Shown here: one piece after another, positions 33,320 to 41,867 of the stretch
How the letters are laid out: each line of letters begins with the position of its first letter
Numbering within the stretch: the stretch's first letter is position 1
DNA from: Geobacter metallireducens GS-15
Lineage (GTDB): Bacteria; Desulfobacterota; Desulfuromonadia; Geobacterales; Geobacteraceae
Direction: 5' to 3'
Assembly (NCBI RefSeq): GCF_000012925.1
Contig: NC_007517.1
Location: 70,351-134,350 of the forward strand
Length of the DNA: 64,000 nt
The notes under the pieces: model-generated
The model's input: only the letters and a program-made list of their open reading frames with translations
What the model was told of the DNA's origin: nothing
Databases searched by the model: none
Program-made: the position numbers and the translations under genes

Positions 33320-34816
33320 CTACTCCCGCACCCGCATCAGCTCCGCCATGCGGACTGCGGGCCGGTCGCTGACCGGTTTACCGTCGTGGTAGAAGGTGAC
33401 CAATTGCAGGTCGCCACCCTTGAAGGCGCGGACAGCCACGTCGTCGGGGCTGAAGGTGGCCCTTCCCAGGGACTTTTTCGTGGGCCAGTCGATGCCGCTG
33501 TAGGAGAGGTAAACCAGCTTGGAGCAGTAGACCCGCTCCTTGGATTCCACGTCGAAGTTGAAGTCGTAGGGCTTGCCCACCTGGCGCAGGGCCTGGATGA
33601 TGATCCGCCCCCGCTCGTCCCGGCCGGCGGCGGCCTTGCGCAGGATGCCGAGGCTGTCCACGTTCATGAAGTGTTCCAGTGTGTTCATCTCCACCCCGGA
33701 ACGGAGGGCCTCCACCACGAGCCGTCCCTCACGGATCTCCCCGTGGTGGCGGGCCACCACGGGATTGTCCCAGATCCCCAGCTCCTTCAGCTCCGCCTCG
33801 CTGCCGATCCAGACCGCCGCATGACCCCAGTAACCGGGAATGAGCTTGTCGGTGAGCCGGAAGGGGGTCTTCTCCAGGAGGATGTCGCCGGACCTGAGGG
33901 TTGCCGAAACATCATGCGCCACGTCGCCCCGCAGGGCCAGCTTCCCCTTGCGGGTCTCCACCAGCCCCACCGCGTTGCCGAAGAGCATGCTGAAGACGTT
34001 GACCCCTTCCCGCTCCATTACGGTGAGGGTGTCGGTGGTGGCGGCCCCCAGGAAGCCCAGCTTGCGGCCGATAACGTAGAGGGGCGATACCTTCTCGACC
34101 ATGGTGTACGAGGGGCTCTGGGCGATGAGGGTGGCGAGGTAGGAGGTTTCCGCGCCGTCGCGGAGGAGGGCCGGGTGCTTCTTTGATTCGCTCTCGAAGA
34201 ACGAGATGGCCCGCCGGACCCGCTGCCGGTTGGCGATGGAGTTGTAGTTGAGGGTGACCTTCGAGAGGGCGGCGCGGGTCACGGCATAGCCGGGATCTTT
34301 TTCATTGAGGATGCGGCGCAGCTTGGCGTCCCCCTCAAAGAGGGAGACCGCAAGGAGGTAGTTGTCATAGAGGACCAGGGCCGAGGCCAGGGATACCATC
34401 ACCCCCTTGAGACGGGCCTCATCGGTGATGCCGGCCTTGCTGAGTTCGGCGGTCGAGGCATCGAGCCAGCATTCGTGGCTCTCGGCCACGGCCAGCATCT
34501 CGTCCCGCAGGGTCAGGTGCTCGGTGATCCCCTGGTTGAGAAGTGCGATGTCATCGCCGGTAAGGGGTTTGCCCTGGTCCACTTTGGCGTGGACAGAATT
34601 TCCCACCTTGATGGTCTCGGCCCGGAGTGCCAGGGCCCGTTCCGCCAGGGTCCGGAAAGCAGTCATTTCCTTGGCGAGGGATTGGTTCACCGCCGCCCGG
34701 CCACCGCTGTGGGCCGCGGCAAGGTGCTCGCGGCAGGCCGCCTGGCGCTGGGCCAGGGCTGTGAAGGGTGAGAGGAGGGCAGCCATGAGCAGCACGGCAA
34801 CGGTGATGCGCCTCAT
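33320..34816 (-). CDS. secreted YiiX/YaeF-like permuted papain-fold (NlpC/P60 superfamily) hydrolase with N-terminal extension
   Basis: 498 aa. Signal peptide. The C-terminal ~200 aa (GDILLEK...GYWGHAAVWIG...VYCSKLVYLSY) resembles the YiiX family. Confidence 0.5.
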   Translation of the reverse strand: MRRITVAVLLMAALLSPFTALAQRQAACREHLAAAHSGGRAAVNQSLAKEMTAFRTLAERALALRAETIKVGNSVHAKVDQGKPLTGDDIALLNQGITEHLTLRDEMLAVAESHECWLDASTAELSKAGITDEARLKGVMVSLASALVLYDNYLLAVSLFEGDAKLRRILNEKDPGYAVTRAALSKVTLNYNSIANRQRVRRAISFFESESKKHPALLRDGAETSYLATLIAQSPSYTMVEKVSPLYVIGRKLGFLGAATTDTLTVMEREGVNVFSMLFGNAVGLVETRKGKLALRGDVAHDVSATLRSGDILLEKTPFRLTDKLIPGYWGHAAVWIGSEAELKELGIWDNPVVARHHGEIREGRLVVEALRSGVEMNTLEHFMNVDSLGILRKAAAGRDERGRIIIQALRQVGKPYDFNFDVESKERVYCSKLVYLSYSGIDWPTKKSLGRATFSPDDVAVRAFKGGDLQLVTFYHDGKPVSDRPAVRMAELMRVRE

Positions 34817-34911
34817 TCAGTGGTCTCCATTGATAGAATGATTTTTTGACCCCCCTGCTCGCCTTGCTCGCTTCCCCCCTACAGGGTAGGGGGGACTGAG
34901 GGGGGTCACAA

Positions 34912-35520
34912 TCATCTCTTCGGCAATTGTTCCCCATAACTTTTAATAAATTTTTTGAAATTAATCCAGACGTCATTGAAGCCGAAGGATTGCATCTCGG
35001 CCTCGGCGTCAGCCAGGGACCACCCCTCCACCTTCATCCGATAGGCGGCCACCACGATGCCGGTCCGGTCCTGGCCATGGCGGCAGTGGACAAATACCGG
35101 CTGGTTAGCCGGGTCGGCCATGAGCACCACCACCCGGTCCACCTTCTCCCGGAGACCGTCGCGGGACATGGCGATGGGGATTGCAATGGCCTTCATGCCG
35201 GCCGCTTCCACCTCCCGCTGTTCACTTTCGGTGGTCCGGAGATCGATGACCGTCCGGATTCCCATCTTCCGCAGGGTCTCGTACCCCTCGGGTCCCGGCT
35301 GGGCGCCCCGGTAGATTCCCGGCGCCACTCGTCCCCCATTTGATATCCCCGGCAGATGATAGATCCGTTCGGAGAGCCTCGCTTCCGGAGGGAGAGTGAC
35401 GGACGCTTGTGGTTGGGCCGCAGGCGTCTGGCCGGTTACCGCGCTACCGACGGCTGATCCCGCTCCCAGCGCAATGATCAGGCAGGCAACGATGGTTGGC
35501 CGAATGGTGATTGATGTCAT
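34912..35520 (-). CDS. secreted dual-specificity/tyrosine phosphatase-like protein
   Basis: 202 aa. Signal peptide and CX5R P-loop VHCRHGQDRTG. Confidence 0.7.
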   Translation of the reverse strand: MTSITIRPTIVACLIIALGAGSAVGSAVTGQTPAAQPQASVTLPPEARLSERIYHLPGISNGGRVAPGIYRGAQPGPEGYETLRKMGIRTVIDLRTTESEQREVEAAGMKAIAIPIAMSRDGLREKVDRVVVLMADPANQPVFVHCRHGQDRTGIVVAAYRMKVEGWSLADAEAEMQSFGFNDVWINFKKFIKSYGEQLPKR

Positions 35521-35575
35521 GATGTTCTCCTATGTTCTCGTAGTTAAATGAAAACTGTCCATAGCTTACCCGGTT

Positions 35576-38500
35576 TCACCCCACTACCGCCAGAGCCGCC
35601 TCCTTCACCCCCCGCAGGTCCAGCTTCCCGGTCCCCAGCAGCGGCAGGGCGTCCACGGCCACGTAGCAATCCCGCCCCGGCTTCCAGAGGTTGGGGAGGT
35701 CGCTCTCGGCCATGAGCCGGTGGAGGGTTTCGGCATCGCCTGCCTCCCGGGCGAAGACCACCACGAGCTTTTCCCCCCGCTTCTCGTCAGGGATGCCGGT
35801 GACGGCCACGACGCCGGTCATCCCGAGGCGGGCGTGGAGAGCGTCTTCCACGGCGCCGTGGGGAACCATCTCCCCGGCGATCTTGCTGAAGCGGGAGAGG
35901 CGGTCGGTGATGTGGAGAAAGCCGTAGTTGTCCAGCCGGCCGATGTCGCCGGTGACGTACCAGCCGTCCTTTACCACCTCGGCGGTCTTTTCGGGCTTGT
36001 GGAGGTAGCCGAGCATGACGTTGGGCCCCTTGACGAGGATGAGCCCCGCCTCCCCCTCGGGAAGCGCGGCAAAGGTGTCGGGGTCCACTATCTTCACCAC
36101 CACGCCGGGGACCGGGAGCCCCACGCTCCCTTGCCGGGAGGCGATCTGGCGGACCCCGTTGACCTCCACGTCGGGAAGCGACAGGGAGATGACCGGCGAC
36201 AGCTCCGTGGCGCCGTACCCCTCCATGGGGCGGATGCCGAACTTCTCCTGGAAGGTGTCGGCCAGCTTCGGCTTCAGTTTCTCGGCGCCGGTGATGACGA
36301 GGCGCAGGGTGGCAAAGTCCTCCTTTTTGGCTCGCCGCAGGTAGGCCATGAGGAAGGTGGGGGTGGCGATGAGGAGGGTCGACTGCCGCTCCCGCACGGT
36401 TTTGGCGATGGTTTCGCCGTCCAGGGGGTTGGTGTGGTAGACCGCCGAGAAGCCCGAGAGGAGCGGGAGCCAGAGGGTGCCGGTGAACCCCAGGGAGTGG
36501 AAGAAGGGGAGAGCCGAGCAGATGTTGTCCCGCTGGGTGGCGCGAAAGACCATCCGGAGCGCCTCCAGGTTGGAGAGGATGTTGTGGTGGGAGAGCATGA
36601 CCCCCTTGGGCTCCCCGGTGCTCCCGGAGGAAAAGATCACCGTGGCGAGGCGGTCGGCATCGAACCCGGCGGGGCGGGCGAAGGTGCGAAGCGGGAGGAA
36701 GCGGGCCGTGAGAAACGCCCGGCGCTTGTCGCCGTCGGTGAGGCCGGCGAGGAGGTCCTCCACGTAGAGGACACCGGGAAATTCCGGCAGGGTGCCGAGC
36801 TTCTCCAGGAAGACGCGGGAGGTGATGGTGGTCGTAATGGCGCACTGGGCCAAGGCCGAGCGGATACCCTCCGGCGAGGCGGTGTAGTTCAGGTTCACCG
36901 GCACGATGCCGTTCAGGGTGAGGGCAAGGTTCACCAGGGCGCCCCCCACGGTGGGGGGGAGGCAGACACCGACCATCTCCTGGCCGGGAGTTGCGTCCTT
37001 CAGCTTCGCCGCCAGGGCCACGGCGCCGGTGAGGGCCCTGCCGTAAGTCAGCTCCCGGCCCCCGGTGTCAGCCATGGCAAGGCGGTGCCAGTTCTCCCGG
37101 GCCGTCTCGGCGAAGAGCTCCCCCAGGGCGCGGCGTCGGGGCTTGCGGGCCTCGAACCAGGCCGCGGAAAGCTCCATCACGGCCCGGCGCACGTCGTGGG
37201 GGGTGCTCCCGGCCGGCACGGGCGCGCCGAAGAGGACCGTCACCCGGTAGGGGATGAGGGAGGGGAGGCGGGAGAGGAGCCTGCCGTGGGCGTAGGAGAG
37301 GGCGCTCCCCCAGGCGCCGCCGATGTAGACCGGGATGATGGGGTGGCTCGTCCCCTTGACGATGTGCTCGAAGCCCCCCTTGAACCGGTTCAGCATGCCG
37401 GTGCGGGTGATCTCCCCCTCGGCGAAGATGCAGACCAGGTAGCCGTCGTCCAGGGCCTTGCGGGCGGTGGCGATGAACTCCAGGAGGCCCCTTTTCCCGT
37501 CCCGGGACGAAACCGGGATCACCCCCATGAGGGCGCAGAGCTGCTTGAGGCCGGGAGCGCTGTAGATCTCCCGTTCCATGACGAAGCGGATCCGCCGCTG
37601 CTGGGTGGCGAGGAGGATGAGGGCGTCGAGCCAGGAGACGTGGTTCGCCACCAACAACGCCCCCCCTTCCACCGGCACGTGGCGGTCGTCGATGGTGGTC
37701 ACCCGGTAGCGGATCCGCATGACCGCCAAGGCGATGAAGCGGAGGAGGAAATCGGGGAGGACCCGGAGGGTGACGGCCGTGAGGACGAGGGTGATCGCCC
37801 CGAGAACCGTGAAGCAGCTGCCGGGGGAGAACCCCAGGGGGCCCGAGAGGACCCAGAGGAGCCCCGAGGCCAGAAGCACCCCGACCCAGCTCAGGAACGA
37901 CGAGGCGGCCAGGACCTCCCCCCGCCGGTCCGCCGGTGCCCGCAGCTGAATGAAGGACTGGAGCGGCACGATGAAGAGGCCGGCGCTGACGCCGAAGAGA
38001 GCCACCACGGCCAGGACCGCCCACAGGCTCGCCGGCATCATGGCCAGGACGAAGGAGCAGACGGTGAGCCCCACGGCCCCGATGGGGACCACGCCGAACT
38101 CCACGGTGCGCCCGGAGAGCCGGCCGGCCCAGAGTGACCCGGCGCCGATGCCGATGGCAGCGGCCAGGAAGAGGTAGCCGCTCTGCTCTTCGGAGAGGGC
38201 GAGGATCTTCATGCCGTAGGGGAGGAGATTCAGCTGACAGAAGGCCCTCACAAAGAGGAAGTAGGCGGCGCCGATCACCGCCAGGAGGAGATAGCCGTCG
38301 CGTTTCAGGCTCCGGAGGGTGCGCCAGTAGCTGGTCGGCAAGAAGGAAATCGCCCGGTCCGGGGCCACGGCCGGTGTCGGGGGGAGGGTGCGGGCGATGA
38401 GAAGCCCGGCCACGGCAATGGCCACCCCCGCCAGAAGAGCCACGCCGTGGCGCCCCCCTGCCAGCTGCACGAGGAAGGGGGCCAGAGCAGTCCCCCCGAC

Positions 38501-38962
38501 GATGGCGAGAAAGGAAGCCATCTCCAAGAGGCTGTTGGCTTTCGAGAGCCCCTCCCGGGGGACCAGCTCCGGCACCACCCCGTACTTAGCCGGAGCGAAG
38601 AGGGCGCTGTGGGTACCCAGGAGAAAGACCGCCCCATAGAGAAGTGGAGGGGAGGCCAGGAAGAGACCACTCACGGCCAGGAGGGCGATCCCCACTTCCA
38701 GCGCCTTGACCCCCACCACGATCCGCCCCTTGGGAAAGCGGTCGGCCAGGGAACCGGCCAGGGCCGAGAAGAGGAGAAACGGCGCAACGAAGGCGGCGCT
38801 CCCCATGGCGGCAATGGTGCCGGCCTCCTCCCGGCCGTAGCGGCCGATGAGGTAGAAGACGATGATCAGTTTGATGAGGTTGTCGTTCAGCGCCCCCAGG
38901 GCCTGGGCCAGGTTCAGGCGGCGGAAGGAGACGGGTAGGGTGGTCGGTTCGGTGGTATTCAT
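35576..38962 (-). CDS. aas: fused lysophospholipid transporter LplT (MFS) / 2-acylglycerophosphoethanolamine acyltransferase / acyl-ACP synthetase (Aas)
   Basis: 1128 aa. N-terminal 12-TM MFS domain, PlsC H(X)4D motif (NHVSWLD), and a C-terminal AMP-binding domain (SSGSTGEPKGV). Confidence 0.85.
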   Translation of the reverse strand: MNTTEPTTLPVSFRRLNLAQALGALNDNLIKLIIVFYLIGRYGREEAGTIAAMGSAAFVAPFLLFSALAGSLADRFPKGRIVVGVKALEVGIALLAVSGLFLASPPLLYGAVFLLGTHSALFAPAKYGVVPELVPREGLSKANSLLEMASFLAIVGGTALAPFLVQLAGGRHGVALLAGVAIAVAGLLIARTLPPTPAVAPDRAISFLPTSYWRTLRSLKRDGYLLLAVIGAAYFLFVRAFCQLNLLPYGMKILALSEEQSGYLFLAAAIGIGAGSLWAGRLSGRTVEFGVVPIGAVGLTVCSFVLAMMPASLWAVLAVVALFGVSAGLFIVPLQSFIQLRAPADRRGEVLAASSFLSWVGVLLASGLLWVLSGPLGFSPGSCFTVLGAITLVLTAVTLRVLPDFLLRFIALAVMRIRYRVTTIDDRHVPVEGGALLVANHVSWLDALILLATQQRRIRFVMEREIYSAPGLKQLCALMGVIPVSSRDGKRGLLEFIATARKALDDGYLVCIFAEGEITRTGMLNRFKGGFEHIVKGTSHPIIPVYIGGAWGSALSYAHGRLLSRLPSLIPYRVTVLFGAPVPAGSTPHDVRRAVMELSAAWFEARKPRRRALGELFAETARENWHRLAMADTGGRELTYGRALTGAVALAAKLKDATPGQEMVGVCLPPTVGGALVNLALTLNGIVPVNLNYTASPEGIRSALAQCAITTTITSRVFLEKLGTLPEFPGVLYVEDLLAGLTDGDKRRAFLTARFLPLRTFARPAGFDADRLATVIFSSGSTGEPKGVMLSHHNILSNLEALRMVFRATQRDNICSALPFFHSLGFTGTLWLPLLSGFSAVYHTNPLDGETIAKTVRERQSTLLIATPTFLMAYLRRAKKEDFATLRLVITGAEKLKPKLADTFQEKFGIRPMEGYGATELSPVISLSLPDVEVNGVRQIASRQGSVGLPVPGVVVKIVDPDTFAALPEGEAGLILVKGPNVMLGYLHKPEKTAEVVKDGWYVTGDIGRLDNYGFLHITDRLSRFSKIAGEMVPHGAVEDALHARLGMTGVVAVTGIPDEKRGEKLVVVFAREAGDAETLHRLMAESDLPNLWKPGRDCYVAVDALPLLGTGKLDLRGVKEAALAVVG

Positions 38963-39963
38963 GGGAAGCTCCGGTGTTTGATGGTGTCAGCGATCCCGAG
39001 TACGCCTGCGGCCCGGAACAGGATCTCCTCTGGCATCCCCAGGGCCAGCTTCAGGGCCACATCCTGATCCCAGGGGTTACCGATGACGGCCAACCGCCGG
39101 GCCTCCAGCGGCCCGAGCCGGAGGAGGTGGAACCAGGGGGAGGTGAGCCCCGTGGCAGGCAGGGGCATGTCGGTGCCGTAGAGGAGCCGGCCGTGAATGT
39201 CCCGGTGCGCCAGGACCCGCTCCAGGTGCCCCAGTCGGTTCAGCTGGGTGAGGGCCGAGATGTCGGCGTAGAGGTTCGGGAATTGGGCAAAGAGTGGAAG
39301 GAGGCGCGCCAGGTTCGACTCCCCGTGGCTTTGTCCGCTGGTGGCGCAGTGGGCGGCAATGACAGTCACCCCCTCTTCCAGGGGGAGCCGGAGACGCGCC
39401 GGGTCGGCCAGGGCGTTGTCGGCCAGGGTGAATGACTCCTCAAGGCCGGTGTGGGTCAGAAGCGGAAGCCCCAGCTGGGCCAGGTGGCGATAGAAGGGAA
39501 CGAGGCACCGATCCGCAGGGTCGGTCCCCTGGATGGAGGGGAGCCACTTCACGAGCACCGCTCCGGCGGCGGCAGCGGCGTCGAGGCGCTCCAAGGCGTC
39601 GGGGCGCTGGGGGTTGACGCTGGCGCCGAAGAGGAGGTTCGGGTAGCGGCGGCACTCCCGGGCCAGGAACTCATTGGGAATGTACATCTCGGTCCGGTCC
39701 CGATCCAACTGGCCGCTGCCGTCCACCACGCCATCCATGGCCAGCACCACGGCCTGCTGGACCTGGGACGAAGCGGTGAGCCGCTCCGAAATACGCCGGA
39801 GCACCAGGCTATCACCCTCCCGCTCCAAGTCCGCATTGGTCACGCCGAAGGATTTGAGGTAGAAGCGGTACTTCCAGCTCCGGCGAAGCTTCGGGGAGAT
39901 GAAGCAGCCGCTGTCACCGGCGCCGATGCCGGCGGCATGGCAGTGAATGTCGATGACGGTCAT
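38959..39963 (-). CDS. amidohydrolase-family (TIM-barrel metal-dependent hydrolase) protein
   Basis: 334 aa. N-terminal IDIHCH metal-binding motif. It overlaps aas by 4 nt. Confidence 0.7.
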   Translation of the reverse strand: MTVIDIHCHAAGIGAGDSGCFISPKLRRSWKYRFYLKSFGVTNADLEREGDSLVLRRISERLTASSQVQQAVVLAMDGVVDGSGQLDRDRTEMYIPNEFLARECRRYPNLLFGASVNPQRPDALERLDAAAAAGAVLVKWLPSIQGTDPADRCLVPFYRHLAQLGLPLLTHTGLEESFTLADNALADPARLRLPLEEGVTVIAAHCATSGQSHGESNLARLLPLFAQFPNLYADISALTQLNRLGHLERVLAHRDIHGRLLYGTDMPLPATGLTSPWFHLLRLGPLEARRLAVIGNPWDQDVALKLALGMPEEILFRAAGVLGIADTIKHRSFP

Positions 39964-40250
39964 TTCCGGCTCCGGTGGTTCATGCGGCAGTCGGTGATGG
40001 TCTTTACGGTCATGGCAGTGAAGACCGGGGCGGCGGCAACGGCGCTCATCAACAATAGGGCAAGTGGGGTGAACATGGCAACCTCCCGAACAATGGTTTC
40101 TGCTCAGAAGATTGCCGATAACATGCCAAGTCGGCTACCGCCTGAGATTGCCAATGATTCTGGATTGTTGCAGTCAGACGGCAATCGCTCCTGCTGATTA
40201 GCGGCAAATCGTGATTGACATTTTATGAATGGCAACTATACATCGAATGT

Positions 40251-41726
40251 ATGAAAGCTATCGAGACAATACTGGCGACGGAGCGGGATTTTTTTGCCAA
40301 GGTGGCCCGGGCCGCCTTCCTCAATCCCTTTGGCGAGAGCCGCGACGAACTGGACCTGCTCCTGGCGGGAACTGGTGCCGGTGACCGGGGCGGAGTGCTT
40401 GCCGCCATCATTGCCCGGGTGGCCGAACGGACGGCCGTCCTGCAGCGGGAACTGCGGGGCAACCACCACCGCCTGCCGGCTGCCGACCGGGAAACGGTCC
40501 GGACTGTGCTCCTCTTCGATCTCTTTCATCGGTTCCTGGACTCCTTCGACCGCCTGATCCGGGAGCAGGCCGTCGGCGGCGACTCCCCCTGCCCCGTCCC
40601 CTTTGCCGGCGGCTTCCAGGCCGCCTTCGCGGAGGCGGGCTTCTCCGAGACGGAAAGCCGCCGCTACCTGGGCCTCTTCTACCAGCTCCGGCGGGCCTTC
40701 TACTTCATCCGGGAAGGGCTCGCCGGTTCCAGCCCGTCGCTGCGCCGGGTGCGGGAACACCTCTGGCAGACCCTCTTCACCCACAACATCCGGTGGTTCG
40801 ACCAGTACCTCTGGGACCGGATGGAGGACTTCTCCGTACTCATCCTCGGGGAGACCGGCACCGGCAAGGGGGCCGCAGCCGCGGCCATCGGCCGGTCGGG
40901 CTTCATCCCCTTCGACCCGAAAACCGGCCGGTTCAGCGAAAGCTTCACCCGCAACTTCCTGGCGGTGAACCTCTCCCAGTACCCGGAGGGGGTCCTGGAG
41001 TCGGAGCTCTTCGGCCACCGGAAGGGGGCCTTCACCGGCGCCATCGATCACCATGAGGGGGTCTTCAGCCGCTGCACCCCCCACGGCGCCATCTTCCTGG
41101 ACGAGATCGGCGAGGTGCCGCTGCCGGTGCAGGTGAAGCTCCTCCAGGTGCTCCAGGAGCGGAGCTTCTCGCCGGTGGGGAGCCACCAGCGGCTCCGCTT
41201 CAGCGGCCGGGTCATCGCCGCCACCAACCGGGACCTGACCCGCCTGCGGGAGCAGGGGGAGTTCCGGGACGACTTCTACTACCGCCTCTGTTCCGACGTC
41301 ATCACCATCCCACCCCTGCGGCAGCGGCTCCAGGAATGCCCCGACGAGCTGGGGGAGCTGGTGGCGGGAATCCTCACGCGCCTGACCGGGACCGCGCCGA
41401 AGCGGGAGGTGCAGCTATTGCGCAAGGCCATCGAACGGGAAACGGGAAAGGGATACCACTGGCCGGGAAACGTGCGGGAGCTGGAGCAGGCGGTGCGGCG
41501 GGTACTGGTGACGGGACATTACCGGGGGGAAGAGAAAGGGGCGCCGTCCGGCGTGACGGAGCAGTTCCTGGCGGACGTGGCGGCGGGGGGGCTCGATGCC
41601 CAGGGGCTTCTGGCCGGCTACTGCCGCATCCTGTACGAGCGGCACGACACCTACGAGGAGGTGGCCCGCCGGGCCAACCTGGACCGGCGGACGGTGAAGA
41701 AGTATCTGCAGCAAGCAGGGGAGTGA
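40251..41726 (+). CDS. sigma-54-dependent transcriptional activator (bEBP) with an uncharacterised N-terminal sensor domain
   Basis: AAA+ Walker A GETGTGKG, a GAFTGA sigma-54 contact motif, and a C-terminal Fis-type HTH. Start taken at MKAIETIL. Confidence 0.8.
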   Translation: MKAIETILATERDFFAKVARAAFLNPFGESRDELDLLLAGTGAGDRGGVLAAIIARVAERTAVLQRELRGNHHRLPAADRETVRTVLLFDLFHRFLDSFDRLIREQAVGGDSPCPVPFAGGFQAAFAEAGFSETESRRYLGLFYQLRRAFYFIREGLAGSSPSLRRVREHLWQTLFTHNIRWFDQYLWDRMEDFSVLILGETGTGKGAAAAAIGRSGFIPFDPKTGRFSESFTRNFLAVNLSQYPEGVLESELFGHRKGAFTGAIDHHEGVFSRCTPHGAIFLDEIGEVPLPVQVKLLQVLQERSFSPVGSHQRLRFSGRVIAATNRDLTRLREQGEFRDDFYYRLCSDVITIPPLRQRLQECPDELGELVAGILTRLTGTAPKREVQLLRKAIERETGKGYHWPGNVRELEQAVRRVLVTGHYRGEEKGAPSGVTEQFLADVAAGGLDAQGLLAGYCRILYERHDTYEEVARRANLDRRTVKKYLQQAGE

Positions 41727-41867
41727 TATCAAACAAAAAAATCAAATCGCGGATGGATTTAGGTCAGATTTGGTCGGGCCGAATGAGTACAACCGCAGGC
41801 GTAGCAGCGCTACGTCGAGGATTGTGCGATTGAGAACCGGCCAAAGATGGCCTGAATACGGCCGCGA

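Noticed and set aside
40048-40214. tggcaactatacatcg upstream of the sigma-54 activator gene as a sigma-54 promoter.
   Set aside because: It has a GG at -24 but no GC at the -12 position. Only the minus-strand site at 40112-40128 fits GG-N10-GC.
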